Below are positions 10,037-21,132 of a DNA stretch of 64,000 bases, piece by piece (the first letter of the stretch is position 1; every line of letters starts with the position of its first letter). The notes below the pieces were generated by a model. That model did not search any database. It worked only from the letters and a program-made list of their open reading frames with translations, and was not told the origin of the DNA. Origin of the DNA: an uncultured Gemmatimonadales bacterium (GTDB lineage Bacteria > Gemmatimonadota > Gemmatimonadetes > Longimicrobiales > Longimicrobiaceae); contig OY970303.1 in the NCBI GenBank assembly GCA_963716255.1, forward strand, positions 6,080,001 to 6,144,000, given 5' to 3'. The translations under genes and the position numbers were made by a program.

Positions 10037-11581
10037 GTGGACGCCAATCGCATCCTCATCATCGACTACGGCTCGCAGTTCACCCAGCTCATCGCCCGCC
10101 GGATCCGCGAGGAGCGCGTCTACTGCGAGATCCACCCGCCCACCCGCCCGCTGGAGTGGATCCGGGAGTGGGCCCCGCGGGGGATCGTGCTTTCCGGCGG
10201 CCCCTCGTCCGTGTACGGCGAGGACGTGCCCACCGCCGAGCCGGAGCTGCTGCGCATGGGCATCCCCGTCCTGGGGGTGTGCTACGGGATGCAGCTCATC
10301 ACCTTCTTGGAGGGCGGGACGGTGGAGCGCGGCAAGCGCGAGTACGGCCGCGCCCAGGTCACCGTGCAGGAGACGTCCGGGATCTTCGAGGGGTTCACGG
10401 CGGGGGAGCTCACCCAGGTGTGGATGAGCCACGGCGACCACATCGTGGAGCCGCCGCCGGGGTACCGCCTCCTCGCCAGCACCGAGGGGATCCCCTGGGC
10501 CGCCTTCGCCGCGGAGGACAGGCCCGTGTACGGCGTGCAGTTCCACGTGGAGGTGGCGCACACCGTCCGCGGCTCCGACATCATCCGCAACTTCGTCTTC
10601 GGGGTGTGCGGCTGCGAGCCCACCTGGACGGCGGGCTCCTACATCGACACCGAGATCGCCCGCATCCGCGAGCTGGTGGGGGACGCGCAGGTGATCTGCG
10701 GCCTTTCCGGCGGGGTCGACTCGTCGGTGGCGGCCACTCTGGTGCACCGCGCCATCGGCGACCAGCTCACCAACGTGTTCGTGGACACCGGGCTGCTGCG
10801 CAGGGGCGAGCGCGAGTCGGTGGAGCGCACCTTCCGCGCGCACCTGGGGATGAAGCTGGAGACGGTGGACGCCTCCGCGCTGTTCCTGGAGCGGCTGGCC
10901 GGCGTCGAGGACCCGGAGCGCAAGCGCAAGATCATCGGCAACACCTTCATCGACGTGTTCGAGGACGCCGTCGCCCGGGCCGGCACCGACGCCAAGTTCC
11001 TGGTGCAGGGCACCCTGTACCCGGACGTCATCGAGTCGCTGTCGGTGAAGGGTCCTTCGGCCACCATCAAGACGCACCACAACGTGGGCGGGCTCAAGGA
11101 GGACATGAAGTTCGCCCTGATCGAGCCGCTGCGGGAACTGTTCAAGGACGAGGTGCGGCAGGTGGGGCGCGAGCTGGGGCTCCCCGAGGAGATGGTGGGG
11201 CGGCACCCGTTCCCGGGGCCGGGGCTCGCCATCCGCGTGCTGGGCGCCGTGGACCGGCGGGAGCTGGACGTGCTCCGCCAGGCGGATTCCATCTACCTGG
11301 AGGAGATCCGCGCCGCCGGCCTGTACGACGACATCTGGCAGGCGTTCGCGGTGCTGCTGCCCGTGCGCTCCGTGGGCGTCATGGGCGACGAGCGGACCTA
11401 CGAGAACGTGTGCGCGCTGCGCGCCGTGACCTCCCGCGACGGGATGACGGCGGACTGGTACCCGTTTCCGCACGACGTGCTGGCCCGCATCTCCACCCGC
11501 ATCATCAACGAGGTGGACGGCATCAACCGGGTGTGCTACGACATCTCGTCCAAGCCGCCCGCCACGATCGAGTGGGAGTAG
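10037..11581 (+). CDS. guaA: GMP synthase (glutamine-hydrolysing)
   Basis: [36 protein letters not shown] and KPPATIEWE motifs; GTG start. Confidence 0.97.
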   Translation: MDANRILIIDYGSQFTQLIARRIREERVYCEIHPPTRPLEWIREWAPRGIVLSGGPSSVYGEDVPTAEPELLRMGIPVLGVCYGMQLITFLEGGTVERGKREYGRAQVTVQETSGIFEGFTAGELTQVWMSHGDHIVEPPPGYRLLASTEGIPWAAFAAEDRPVYGVQFHVEVAHTVRGSDIIRNFVFGVCGCEPTWTAGSYIDTEIARIRELVGDAQVICGLSGGVDSSVAATLVHRAIGDQLTNVFVDTGLLRRGERESVERTFRAHLGMKLETVDASALFLERLAGVEDPERKRKIIGNTFIDVFEDAVARAGTDAKFLVQGTLYPDVIESLSVKGPSATIKTHHNVGGLKEDMKFALIEPLRELFKDEVRQVGRELGLPEEMVGRHPFPGPGLAIRVLGAVDRRELDVLRQADSIYLEEIRAAGLYDDIWQAFAVLLPVRSVGVMGDERTYENVCALRAVTSRDGMTADWYPFPHDVLARISTRIINEVDGINRVCYDISSKPPATIEWE

Positions 11582-11618
11582 GAGCGGATCCTGTACGTAT
11601 GGAACTGCATTGAACTGC

Positions 11619-11753
11619 GGGTTCGGGCGTGCCCCCGGCTGGCGCCGGGGTCGGGCTTCGGCTCCGTAAGCCCGCAAACAACGCGGGCTAACGGAGTCGA
11701 GCCCGCGCAAACAGCCGCGCGGTCTCGCCCCTTCGGGCCGTAATCCCTCACGC
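11619..11753 (+). repeat. Family A element, copy 3
   Basis: Stem agcccgc/gcgggct around AAACAAC. Confidence 0.92.
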
Positions 11754-11785
11754 AACTGCCTGCCTGACCGCGAGATCCAGCCGTT

Positions 11786-11843
11786 GCCCCCTCTCCCGGA
11801 ATTGGGAGAGGGTGGCGAGCCTCAGGCGAGCCGGGTGAGGGCC
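11786..11843. repeat. Family C REP-like palindrome
   Basis: CCCTCTCCCggaattGGGAGAGGGtggcgagcctc...gagccgggtgaggg, matching 4953-5008 and 16236-16290. Confidence 0.8.
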
Positions 11844-11849
11844 CGCTGA

Positions 11850-11892
11850 AACGAAGCAGGGTCCGTCGCGTCGCGACGGACCCTGCTTCGTT
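11850..11892. terminator. Long perfect hairpin between convergent guaA and the MCP gene
   Basis: aacgaagcagggtccgtcgcg / cgcgacggaccctgcttcgtt. Confidence 0.7.
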
Positions 11893-11908
11893 CGAGCCCA
11901 CATCACCC

Positions 11909-13798
11909 TCAGACGGCCATCGCCGCTCCCCGCGCGCTCGGCTCGGCCGCGGGGGACGGCGCGTCCTCCACCGTGAAGCCGGCGACGAGCTGCCGGAGGC
12001 GGGCCGCCAGCCCCGTCAGCGACTCGGCGTGGTCCGTTGCCCCGGGCGACTCGCCGTGCTCGGAGGCGCCGGCCAGGGCGGCTACGGTGCCCATGGTTCC
12101 CTCCAGCTGCTCGGCGAGGGCGGTCATCTCCTCGGCGGATGCGGCGTTCTCCTCCGCGACGGCGGCCACGTCCGCCAGCACCGCGGTGGTTTCCGACACC
12201 CGGTCGGAGATGCGCCGCGTGTCGGCGGTGAGCTCGTGCACCAGGCGCTCCCCCGCCTCCAGCGCGCGGAAGATCCCGTCCAGCGCCTCGCCCACCTGGT
12301 GGGCGCGCCCCGCCGTTCCCTGCACCTCGGCGGCGCTCCGCTCGATCGCCGCGACCGCCCGGTCGATCCCGCGCTTCATCTCGCCCACCACCTCCACCGT
12401 GCGGGCCGCCGCGTGGCCCGTCCCCTCCGCCAGCTTGCGGACCTCGTCGGCCACCACCGCGAAGCCCCGGCCGTGCTCGCCGGCGCGAGCGGCCTCGATG
12501 GCGGCGTTGAGGGCCAGCAGGTTGGTCTGCCGGGCGATCCCGGTGATCGTCCCCACGAACCCCTCGATCTCCGCCGAGTGGCGCCGCAGCTCCCTCACCT
12601 GCTCGGTGTTCATGCCCACCACGCGCCCCGCCTCCTCCGTCGCGCGCACGATTTCCGTCACCCGCTCGCCCCCGTGGCGGGCGTTCGCCACCGAGTCGCG
12701 GATGGAGCCGGCCATCCGCTCCGCGCCCGCCGCGATGCTCCCCACCGAATCGGAGATCTCCTCCATCCGGGCGAACGCGCGCTGCGCCGAGCCCGCCTGC
12801 TCCTCGGCGCCCACGGTGATCTGCCCCACGGCGGAGTTCAGGTGCTGCACCGCCGAGCGCGTCTCCCACGCCAGCGTGGAGATCTCGCCCCCGTGGCTCT
12901 CCAGCGAGGAGCCGGTCCGCTGGATCTGGGCGATCACCACGCGCAGGTCGTGCGCCATCCGGTTGAAGGAGTGCGCCATCTGGCCCACCTCGTCGCCGCC
13001 GGCCACCCGCACGTCCTCGCCCGTCAGGTCCCCGGCGGCGATCCGCCGCGCCCGCTCCGCCATGCGCGTGACCGGCTCGGTCACGGCGCGGCCCAGGATC
13101 CACGAGATCACCAGCCCAGCCAGCAGCAGCGCCGCGAGAACCAGCACGCCCGTCCACTGGGCGGCGGCCCCGGCGCCGTCGGCCTGCTCCGTCAGCGTCG
13201 TGCCGGCCCCGGCGTGGGAGTCCTCCAGCTCGCCCAGGAACTCCCGGAACCCGTCCACCTCCGCCACGAGCGCCGCCATGCGGGCGTGGGCCGCCGCGTC
13301 GTCCGCCGCCTCGCCGCGGGCGATGCGCGCCGCGACGTCGCCGCCGCGCGCGGCGATGCGCGCGCGCGCCTGCAGCGCCTGCCTCGCGAGCGCGGCGCGC
13401 TCCGGCGTGAGGCCGTCGAGCGCCAGGTACGCCCCGAGCCGCTCCTCCGTCTGGCGCATGTTCTCCGCGTAGAAGTCCAGCCAGCGCCTGCGGCCGGCCG
13501 CGTCCCGCGCACGCGCGGCCTCGTTCAGCCCCAGCACCGCCTGGTAGCCGTCCCGGTCGATGTTGAGCACCAGCCCCAGCCCGGCCAGCTCGCGTGTGGC
13601 CAGCTCGTGCGTCAGCGTGCGGGCGTGGCGGGCGGGGGCGAGCATGCCGGCCACCCCGAGGGCGGCGATCACCAGCAGGAAGCCGACGCTCCCGCGCAGC
13701 TTCCAGGCGAAGGGCCAGTCTCGGACGGCATACGATCGGCGGGAAAAGCCCGGCGCAGGGGACGCGGGGGCGGAGCCGTACGGAGGAGACTCGCTCAT
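11909..13798 (-). CDS. Methyl-accepting chemotaxis protein
   Basis: Two TM helices, a HAMP domain (GDLT...DEVGQMA), and [37 protein letters not shown]. Confidence 0.95.
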   Translation of the reverse strand: MSESPPYGSAPASPAPGFSRRSYAVRDWPFAWKLRGSVGFLLVIAALGVAGMLAPARHARTLTHELATRELAGLGLVLNIDRDGYQAVLGLNEAARARDAAGRRRWLDFYAENMRQTEERLGAYLALDGLTPERAALARQALQARARIAARGGDVAARIARGEAADDAAAHARMAALVAEVDGFREFLGELEDSHAGAGTTLTEQADGAGAAAQWTGVLVLAALLLAGLVISWILGRAVTEPVTRMAERARRIAAGDLTGEDVRVAGGDEVGQMAHSFNRMAHDLRVVIAQIQRTGSSLESHGGEISTLAWETRSAVQHLNSAVGQITVGAEEQAGSAQRAFARMEEISDSVGSIAAGAERMAGSIRDSVANARHGGERVTEIVRATEEAGRVVGMNTEQVRELRRHSAEIEGFVGTITGIARQTNLLALNAAIEAARAGEHGRGFAVVADEVRKLAEGTGHAAARTVEVVGEMKRGIDRAVAAIERSAAEVQGTAGRAHQVGEALDGIFRALEAGERLVHELTADTRRISDRVSETTAVLADVAAVAEENAASAEEMTALAEQLEGTMGTVAALAGASEHGESPGATDHAESLTGLAARLRQLVAGFTVEDAPSPAAEPSARGAAMAV

Positions 13799-14032
13799 GT
13801 AGACGTGCAGCTGCGGTTGGGACGGAGGATCGGGAACCGGGAGGGCCGCCGGGGGCGGTCCGGGCGTGGGACGGGGAGGTGGAGAGCCATCCAAAATACG
13901 CCAGTTCCGGTCGAGCGGCAAGGCCGCGGCGGAATGCCCGCTTCCGCCGCCGCCGGTTGCGTGGGCCACCGCCGCCCGGCAGATTCGCGGAGAACGCCGA
14001 GTCCTCTCCGCAACCCGCTCCCCGCCCCCTCC

Positions 14033-15874
14033 ATGCACACCCGCATTCCCGTCACCCTGCTCCTCGCCGCCCTGGCCCTCACCGGGTGCGCGTCCGCCGT
14101 CCGCGGGCCCGCCCCGGCGGGCGAGCTCCGCACCCCGCCGGCGCTGCCCGCCCGGAGCGCGCCGGACGCGTCCGCGCCGGGCGCCGCATCCCAGCGGCTG
14201 CACCGGCTGTTCGCCGACGAGTGGGAGCGCACGCTGCGGGAGAACCCGCTCACCGCCACCGGCTTCGGCGACCGCCGCTACAACGACCGCCTCCCCTCGG
14301 TAGGGCTGGCGGACCAGCAGCGCAACCTGGAGGCGGACCGGGCCGCGCTGGCACGGCTGCTCGCCATCCCCCGCGACTCGCTGTCGCCGGCGGACGCGCT
14401 GAACTACGACGTGTTCCGCCGCCTGCGAGAGAACGACGTGGCGGATGCCGAGTTCCGCGGCTACCTGATCCCCATCACCAACCGCGAGGGGTTCCACACC
14501 TACTTCCCCGAGCTCCCGGGCGACGTCCCCCTCGCCACCGTGGAGGACTACGACAACTACGTCGCGCGGCTGCGCGCCTTCCGCGCCTACTCGGCGCAGC
14601 ACGTGGAGCTCATGCGCGAGGGGATACGCGTGGGGATGGTGATGCCGCGTGTCGCGCTGGAGGGGATGGAAACGTCCATCACGGCCCACATGGTGGCCGA
14701 TCCTACCAAGAGCCTGCTCTACGCGCCCTTCACCCGCTTCCCGGCGGGCGTGCCCGACAGCGCGCGGGCGCGGCTGGAGCGCGCGGGGCGCGACGCCATC
14801 GCCACCTCCGTGGTGGCGGGGTACCGCGAGTTCGGGGAGTTCATGGCGCGCGAGTACATCCCCGCCGCCCGGAAGACCATCGGCGCGTCCGAGCTGCCGC
14901 GGGGGCGTGAATACTACGCCACCCGCGTGCGCCGCTTCACCACGCTCGACCTGACCCCCGAGCAGGTGCACCAGACCGGGCTCGCCGAGGTGGCGCGGAT
15001 CCGCGCCGCCATGGACTCCGTGATGCGCTCCACCGGCTTCCGCGGCACCTTCCCGGAGTTCGTGCGCTTCCTGCGCAGCGACCCGCGCTTCTACGTGAAC
15101 ACCCCCGACGAGCTCCTCCGGCACACCTCGCTGGTGCTGAAGCGCATGGACGGCGAGCTCCCCCGGCTCTTCGGGCGGCTGCCTCGGCTTCCGTACGGGA
15201 TCCGGGAGATCCCCGACTACATCGCGCCGCGCACCACCACCGCGTACTACTCCCCCGGCTCGCCGGACGGGACCCGCGCCGGCAACTACTACGTCAACAC
15301 CTACGACCTCAAGAGCCGGCCGCTGTACGAGGTGGAGTCGCTCTCCTTCCACGAGTCCGTCCCCGGGCACCACCTGCAGATCGCGCTCGCGCAGGAGCTT
15401 CCCGACGCGCCCGCGTTCCGCCGCAGCGCCAGCTTCACCGCCTTCGTGGAAGGATGGGGGCTGTACGCCGAGAGCCTGGGGAGCGAGGTGGGCTTCTTCC
15501 AGGACCCGTACAGCTACTTCGGGCACCTCACGTACGACGCCTGGCGGGCGTGCCGCCTGGTGGTGGACACCGGCATCCACGACAAGGGGTGGACCCGCCA
15601 GCAGGCCATCGACTACATGGCCGCAAACACCGGGCTGTCGCTGCTCAACATCACCAACGAGGTGGACCGCTACATCGCGTGGCCGGGGCAGGCGCTGGCG
15701 TACAAGGTGGGGCAGCTCAAGATCCGCGAGCTGCGCACCCTGGCCGAGCGCGAGCTGGGGCCGCGGTTCGACGTGCGCGAGTTCCACGACGTGGTGCTCG
15801 GCAGCGGATCCATCCCCATGAGCGTGCTGGAGGCCAACGTCCGTTCGTACATCGCGCAGAAGAAGGGGTCGTGA
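14033..15874 (+). CDS. DUF885-family lipoprotein (metallopeptidase-like)
   Basis: LTGC lipobox; [29 protein letters not shown] and [13 protein letters not shown] motifs. Confidence 0.9.
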   Translation: MHTRIPVTLLLAALALTGCASAVRGPAPAGELRTPPALPARSAPDASAPGAASQRLHRLFADEWERTLRENPLTATGFGDRRYNDRLPSVGLADQQRNLEADRAALARLLAIPRDSLSPADALNYDVFRRLRENDVADAEFRGYLIPITNREGFHTYFPELPGDVPLATVEDYDNYVARLRAFRAYSAQHVELMREGIRVGMVMPRVALEGMETSITAHMVADPTKSLLYAPFTRFPAGVPDSARARLERAGRDAIATSVVAGYREFGEFMAREYIPAARKTIGASELPRGREYYATRVRRFTTLDLTPEQVHQTGLAEVARIRAAMDSVMRSTGFRGTFPEFVRFLRSDPRFYVNTPDELLRHTSLVLKRMDGELPRLFGRLPRLPYGIREIPDYIAPRTTTAYYSPGSPDGTRAGNYYVNTYDLKSRPLYEVESLSFHESVPGHHLQIALAQELPDAPAFRRSASFTAFVEGWGLYAESLGSEVGFFQDPYSYFGHLTYDAWRACRLVVDTGIHDKGWTRQQAIDYMAANTGLSLLNITNEVDRYIAWPGQALAYKVGQLKIRELRTLAERELGPRFDVREFHDVVLGSGSIPMSVLEANVRSYIAQKKGS

Positions 15875-15907
15875 CGGATCGAACGGATTTGAACGGATAG
15901 AACGGCA

Positions 15908-16042
15908 GGGTCGGGCGTGTCCCCGGCTGTCGCCGGGGTCGGGCTTCGGCTCCGTAACGCAGCAAACAGCGCTGCGTAACGGAGTCGAGCCCCGCGAAAC
16001 TGCCCGCGGGTCTCGCCCCTTCGGGCCGAAATCCCTCACGCG
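15908..16042 (+). repeat. Family A element, copy 4
   Basis: Stem acgcagc/gctgcgt with loop AAACAGC. Confidence 0.92.
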
Positions 16043-16066
16043 GGGCCCGCGCTGGCGTCCGCCGGG

Positions 16067-16290
16067 GCCCCCTCCCCCCGGCCCCCTCCCCCGCAAGCGG
16101 GAGAGGGGGAGCACGACACGACAAACCCGAAGGTCAGGAAGCCCTCCCCCAGAATTGGGGGAGGGTGGCGGCTCTCAGGCCGCCGGGTGGGGGCCCGCGG
16201 ACGCCAGCATGACCTCTGCCATGGCGGTGCCGTTGCCCCCTCTCCCAGGATTGGGAGAGGATGGCGAGCCTCGAGCGAGCCGGGTGAGGA
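16067..16290. repeat. Cluster of three family C REP-like palindromes
   Basis: CCCTCCCC/CCCTCTCCC...GGGAG(A)GGG hairpins at about 16067, 16140 and 16236. Confidence 0.8.
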
Positions 16291-16395
16291 CCGTGCGGGG
16301 ACCGGGCAGCGCGGCCGGGGGTAACAGTGCGCGGCGCCGCTCCTCCGCAACTCCGCGCGGGGGAACGGCTTGTGTTTTCCCAGCACCGCCCGCCC

Positions 16396-18123
16396 ATGCC
16401 GACCGCCGCCGCTTCGCCGCTCGACGACGCGCCGCCCCGTCCACCGGAGCCGCAGGACCGGCTGGCCCCGGAGGAGCCGGCCGCGGCCGGGCCGCTGCGG
16501 CGCATGCGGCGGACGTGGGCCGTGCTGGCCGCGCTCCTCCCCTTCGTGCTGTCGTTCCTGCGCGACCGCAGGCGCTGGCTCGTGTTCGGGGCGCGGCGGC
16601 GGCGCTCGCCGGAGGAGCACCGGCTGCGCGCGCGGGAGCTGGCGGACACCATCGCCGCGCTGGGGCCCACCTTCATCAAGCTGGCGCAGGTGTTCGGCTC
16701 GCGCGCCGACATCGTCCCCGAGCCCTACCTGTCCGAGGTCGCGCGGCTCCAGGATTCCGTCGCGCCGCTCCCCGCCGAGGCGATCGAGGCGGTGATCCGG
16801 GAGGAGTTCGGGCGCCCGGCGCACGCGCTCTTCGCCCGCTTCGACCGGGAGCCCGTCGCCGCCGCGTCGCTGGGGCAGGTGCACCGCGCCCGCGTGGGCG
16901 ACCGCGAGGTGGCGGTCAAGGTGCTGCGCCCCGGCGTCCGCGAGCTGGTGGCGCTGGACCTGGAGATCTCCTTCCGCGTGCTCCGTCTCGTCAACCTCCT
17001 CTTCCCCAACCACCACGTCCGCGCGCTCACCACGGTGGTGCGCGAGTTCCAGAAGCGCATCCGCGAGGAGCTGGACCTGCGCCGCGAGGCCGCCAACACC
17101 GAGGAGTTCCGCCGCCACTTCGCGGGCGACGCCCGCATCCGCGCGCCCGAGGTGCTGGCCGAGTTCACCCGGCGCCGCGTGCTGGTGACCGAGTACGTGC
17201 ACGGTACCAAGGTGGACCGCCTGCACGCGCGCTTCGCCGCCGGCGACCTCTCGTTCCCCCGCATGATGGAGACGCTTTCCGAGGCGTACCTGCGGATGAT
17301 GCTGGTGGACGGGACGCTGCACGCCGACCCGCACCCCGGCAACATCCTGGTGGAGGCGGACGGGACGATCGTCTTCCTGGACTTCGGGATGGTGGTGAGG
17401 ATCGAGCGCGCCACCCGCGACCACCTCTTCCGCCTGTCGCTGGCCGCCGCGCGCGAGGACGTGGACGGCGTCGTCGCCGGCATGTACGCGCTGGGGATGA
17501 TCGACCCCGAGGTGTCGCGCGGCGAGATCCGCGAGGCCGCCACGCAGGTCCTGGGGATCGTGCGGCGGGCGCGCGAGCTGAGCCAGCGCCGCGTGCAGGA
17601 GATGGTGCAGGAGATCCTGGACACCTTCTACACCTGGCCGCTGGTGCTCCCCGAAGAGCTGGTGTACTTCCTCCGCGCCTCGGCGCTGCTGGAGGGGATC
17701 GGCTTCCGCTACGACCCGGCGTTCCAGGGGCTGGACTCGGTGCGCCCCGTGCTGGCCCGGATGAAGGGCGAGCTGATGAGGTCCATGGGCGGCGGCGAGC
17801 CCGCCGACGTCGCGCGCGGCGTGCTCGCCGAGGCCGAGCGGACGCTGCGCGCCCTGCAGGACGTGGTGCGCCGCGCCGAGCGCGAGGAGCTGCGGATGCG
17901 CGCCCACCCGCGCGACTTCCACCGCATCGAGCGCACGCTGGGGCTGCTGGTGCGGCGCGTCCTCCTGGGGGTGGGCGGGATGACGGCGGCCGTGGTCTCC
18001 ACCCTGCTTTTCATGGCCGAGGGTGGGCGCTCCACGCTGCTGGCCGGCAACGCCGCGGCGCTGCTGCTCTTCCTCGCCGCCCTCCTGGCCCCCAGCCGGC
18101 TGCTGGGCGGGCGCAGGCGTTAG
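16396..18123 (+). CDS. AarF/ABC1/UbiB-family atypical kinase
   Basis: LGPTFIKLAQ, AAASLGQVHRA, VAVKV, HADPHPGN and LDFGM motifs; C-terminal TM helices. Confidence 0.93.
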   Translation: MPTAAASPLDDAPPRPPEPQDRLAPEEPAAAGPLRRMRRTWAVLAALLPFVLSFLRDRRRWLVFGARRRRSPEEHRLRARELADTIAALGPTFIKLAQVFGSRADIVPEPYLSEVARLQDSVAPLPAEAIEAVIREEFGRPAHALFARFDREPVAAASLGQVHRARVGDREVAVKVLRPGVRELVALDLEISFRVLRLVNLLFPNHHVRALTTVVREFQKRIREELDLRREAANTEEFRRHFAGDARIRAPEVLAEFTRRRVLVTEYVHGTKVDRLHARFAAGDLSFPRMMETLSEAYLRMMLVDGTLHADPHPGNILVEADGTIVFLDFGMVVRIERATRDHLFRLSLAAAREDVDGVVAGMYALGMIDPEVSRGEIREAATQVLGIVRRARELSQRRVQEMVQEILDTFYTWPLVLPEELVYFLRASALLEGIGFRYDPAFQGLDSVRPVLARMKGELMRSMGGGEPADVARGVLAEAERTLRALQDVVRRAEREELRMRAHPRDFHRIERTLGLLVRRVLLGVGGMTAAVVSTLLFMAEGGRSTLLAGNAAALLLFLAALLAPSRLLGGRRR

Positions 18124-18223
18124 GGCGGGCCCGCTCGAAATGCTGGACTCCTCTCGGCGGGACCGCGTACATTGACGCGGTCCCGCCGAAGTGCTTCCGC
18201 CCCCCTCCTCGCCGACGGTCCCC

Positions 18224-20098
18224 GTGTCCCGCATCCCCCAGGCAGTCCGCACCTATGCCCGCGACGCGGCGGGCGCCTTCGCGCTCGCCCCCGTCGAGGT
18301 CCTTCTCGGGCTGTTCGTCGCCACCGCCTTTTCCGTTGCCCTTCGACAGACCGGCGGGATGGACTGGTGGCCGAAGGTCGCCGCCTCCGCGGCGCTCGCC
18401 CTCCTCCTGGTGTTCGGGCTGAGCCTGCTCCGCGCCCGCGGCGTGATCGGCGACGGCGCCCGCTGGGGCGGCATCGCGCTGGTCCTCATGGCCGCGGCCG
18501 CGTACGGGGCGTGGGTCGTGGACACCGACCGCGCCACGGAGGCCTTTCGCTTCGCGGCGCTGCTGGGCGCGGCCGCCATGGCGCTGTCGCTGGTGTCCGT
18601 GGTGGGCGTGGACGGCCACGACCGGCGCCGGCGCGACTTCTGGCGCTTCAACGCGCTCCTGCTGGCGCGCATCGTCAGCGTGGTGGCGTACGGGGGGGCC
18701 CTGTTCGCGGCGCTCGCCGGGGCCGTCGCCGCGGTGTCCTCGCTGTTCGAGCTGACAACGCCGGAGCACCTGTACCAGGACCTGCTCGGCGCGGTGTTCT
18801 TCGCCCTGGTGCCGTGGGTGGTGGCGGGGGGGATCCCGGAGCTGGTGGCCGGGCCGGCCGGCGAAGGGCGGGCCCCGCGGGCCATCCGCCTGCTGGGCCG
18901 CTTCCTGTACGCGCCGGTGCTGGTGGTGTACCTGGCCATCCTGGTCGCCTACGCGGTCAAGGTCGTGGCCACCGGCGAGATGCCCAAGAACCTCCTGTCG
19001 CCCATCATCCTCCTGGCCGGGATCGGCGGCTTCCTGGGCTCGCTCCTGCTGGAGCCGCTGCGCCGCGACCCGGAGCACGCCGGCGTCGCCCGGCTGGTCC
19101 GCGTCTTCCCCGCGGTCCTGCTCGCCCTGCTCCCGCTCGCCACCTGGGCCGTGTGGGTGCGCCGCGACCAGTACGGGTGGACGGAGTCCCGCTACCTGCG
19201 CTTCGCGCTGCTTCTCGCGCTCGGCGTTCTGGCGGCGGCGGGGGTGTACCGGCTGGCGCGGCGGAAGGAGCCGGTCCTGCTGCTGGTTCCCGTGGTCCTG
19301 GGCGGGACGCTGCTGCTTTCCGCCTTCGGTCCCTGGGGCGCGTCGGCGGTCTCGCGGCGCAGCCAGGAGGCCCGTCTCCGGCAGGGGCTCGCGCAGGCCG
19401 GGCTGCTGCGGGACGGGCGCTACGCCGGCACGCTGCAGCCTCCCGACACGGCTGTCGCCCGCCCCGTGGCCGACACGCGGAAGACCATCCCCCGCGAGCT
19501 GCACGCCCAGGTCTCCGGCGCCATCTCCTACCTGTACGACTCGCACGGACCGGAGTCGCTGCGCGGCGTGTTCGGGCCCGGGCTGGAGCGCTACCAGGGC
19601 GGTTGGATGCTGGTGAAAGCGCTCCCCGTCCGCCCCGGGTGCGAGGGCGACGAGGAGCTCCTGTCGGTCCACGCCTCCCTCCCCGGCCAGCTCCCCGTCC
19701 CCGGGCTGGCCGGTGGGACGCTGTACCGCGTGCAGCGCGCCGCTCTCTCGGAGCCGCCGGAGCCGCGGGCCGGTCCGGTCCAGCTCCAGCTCGCCGCGAA
19801 CGGGCTGCGCGTGCACGCCGCCGTCCCCGAGCGCTGGACGGCGCAGGTGGACCTGCGCGCCCTGGTCGCGCGCCTGACCTCCACCGGCCCGGACGGGTGC
19901 GGGCCGGGCGACCGCTTCGCTTCCGCCGAGATCCTCCCCGCCGAGGTGGTGCGCCCGCTGGTCGACGAGACGGGCAGGGCGCGGGGGCAGCTGGTCCTGA
20001 CGGAGGTGGCGGTGACGCGCCCGGAGGCGGGCGCCGGCGCGGCACGCGGACCGTTCCGGCTGGAGAGCGTGTCGGGGATGGTGCTCGTGCGGGAGTGA
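18224..20098 (+). CDS. Multi-pass membrane protein (DUF4153-like)
   Basis: About ten hydrophobic segments, RRDQYGWTESRY and VSRRSQ..RL motifs. The start is uncertain (18191 or 18224). Confidence 0.75.
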   Translation: MSRIPQAVRTYARDAAGAFALAPVEVLLGLFVATAFSVALRQTGGMDWWPKVAASAALALLLVFGLSLLRARGVIGDGARWGGIALVLMAAAAYGAWVVDTDRATEAFRFAALLGAAAMALSLVSVVGVDGHDRRRRDFWRFNALLLARIVSVVAYGGALFAALAGAVAAVSSLFELTTPEHLYQDLLGAVFFALVPWVVAGGIPELVAGPAGEGRAPRAIRLLGRFLYAPVLVVYLAILVAYAVKVVATGEMPKNLLSPIILLAGIGGFLGSLLLEPLRRDPEHAGVARLVRVFPAVLLALLPLATWAVWVRRDQYGWTESRYLRFALLLALGVLAAAGVYRLARRKEPVLLLVPVVLGGTLLLSAFGPWGASAVSRRSQEARLRQGLAQAGLLRDGRYAGTLQPPDTAVARPVADTRKTIPRELHAQVSGAISYLYDSHGPESLRGVFGPGLERYQGGWMLVKALPVRPGCEGDEELLSVHASLPGQLPVPGLAGGTLYRVQRAALSEPPEPRAGPVQLQLAANGLRVHAAVPERWTAQVDLRALVARLTSTGPDGCGPGDRFASAEILPAEVVRPLVDETGRARGQLVLTEVAVTRPEAGAGAARGPFRLESVSGMVLVRE

Positions 20099-20173
20099 AA
20101 TGGCGTCTGGCTTGCGCCTCGCCTCATCTGGGCGTATTTTTCGTCCAGTTGATCCATCCGCCTGGAGGTGAGA

Positions 20174-20608
20174 ATGGACGCCGATTCCGAGAAGGTCGCC
20201 GAGATCCTGGGGGGCGAGGAGGTGCTGTACGAGCGCGTCCGCAACTCGGCGGACCTGCAGCGCGTGGTGAGGGAAGGGCTGCCGGTGCGCGCCCTGGACG
20301 AGGCCGTGCGCTACGTGGTGGGGAGCGGCCGCGAGGCCCGCCTTCTCCGCGACCGCCTGGTCCCCCGCGCCACCCTCGCGCGGCGCACCCGCCTGCGCCT
20401 CCCGGAGAGCGAGCGCGTGGAGCGCCTGGCCCGCGTCATGGCCCTGGCCGAGCAGGTGTGGGAGAGCCGCGACGACGCGCGCGAGTTCCTGGCCCTGCCG
20501 CACCCCATGCTCGAGGAGCGCTCTCCGCTGGAGATGGCCGAGACCGAGCTCGGCGCCCGCCGGGTGGAGCGGCTGCTGATGAACCTGGAGTACGGCCTGC
20601 CGGTCTGA
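20174..20608 (+). CDS. Xre/MbcA/ParS antitoxin
   Basis: VREGLP, ESERVERLARV, PHPML..RSPLE and LEYGLPV motifs; overlaps the RES gene (TGATG). Confidence 0.9.
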   Translation: MDADSEKVAEILGGEEVLYERVRNSADLQRVVREGLPVRALDEAVRYVVGSGREARLLRDRLVPRATLARRTRLRLPESERVERLARVMALAEQVWESRDDAREFLALPHPMLEERSPLEMAETELGARRVERLLMNLEYGLPV

Positions 20609-21069
20609 TGACCCCGGTGTACCGCGTCACCAAGGCGAAGTACCCGGTGTTCGACGGTACGGGGGCGTACCTGGAGGGCGGTCGGTGGAACTCCCCCGGC
20701 CGCCCCGTCGTGTACGGCTCCACCTGCCTGGCGGGATGCCTGCTGGAGGTGCTGGTGCACGCCGGGCGCATGCAGAAGATCCCCGGCGCGCACCACTGCG
20801 CCCGCGCCGAGGTCCCGGACGACCTCGCCGTGGAGGTCGCCGACGAGAGCCGCATTCCCGGCTGGGACGCCGCGGAATCGTCCGCGGCCCGCGCGTACGG
20901 CGACGCCTGGCTGGCGCAGGGGCGCTCCGCCGTGCTTTCCGTCCCCGCCGCCGCGTCGCGCCCCCTGGGCCGCAACCTCCTCCTCAACCCGCTGCACCCC
21001 GACTTCGCACGCGTCCGGCTGTATCCCCCCGAGCCCATCGCCTGGGACGCCCGCCTGTTCGGCATCTGA
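20608..21069 (+). CDS. RES-domain toxin (NAD+ phosphorylase family)
   Basis: VYR, GGRWNSPG, LEVLVH, NLLLNPLHPDF and WDARLF motifs. Confidence 0.9.
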   Translation: MTPVYRVTKAKYPVFDGTGAYLEGGRWNSPGRPVVYGSTCLAGCLLEVLVHAGRMQKIPGAHHCARAEVPDDLAVEVADESRIPGWDAAESSAARAYGDAWLAQGRSAVLSVPAAASRPLGRNLLLNPLHPDFARVRLYPPEPIAWDARLFGI

Positions 21070-21132
21070 ACGGCGGGTCGCGGGAGTGCGCGCCAGCTTG
21101 ACAATCCTCCCGGCGCGGCGGCAGTTTCCGGC

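Noticed and set aside
11540..11620. Integrated element at the guaA 3' end (a known hotspot)
   Set aside because: No integrase and no duplicated att core were seen; only repeats follow.
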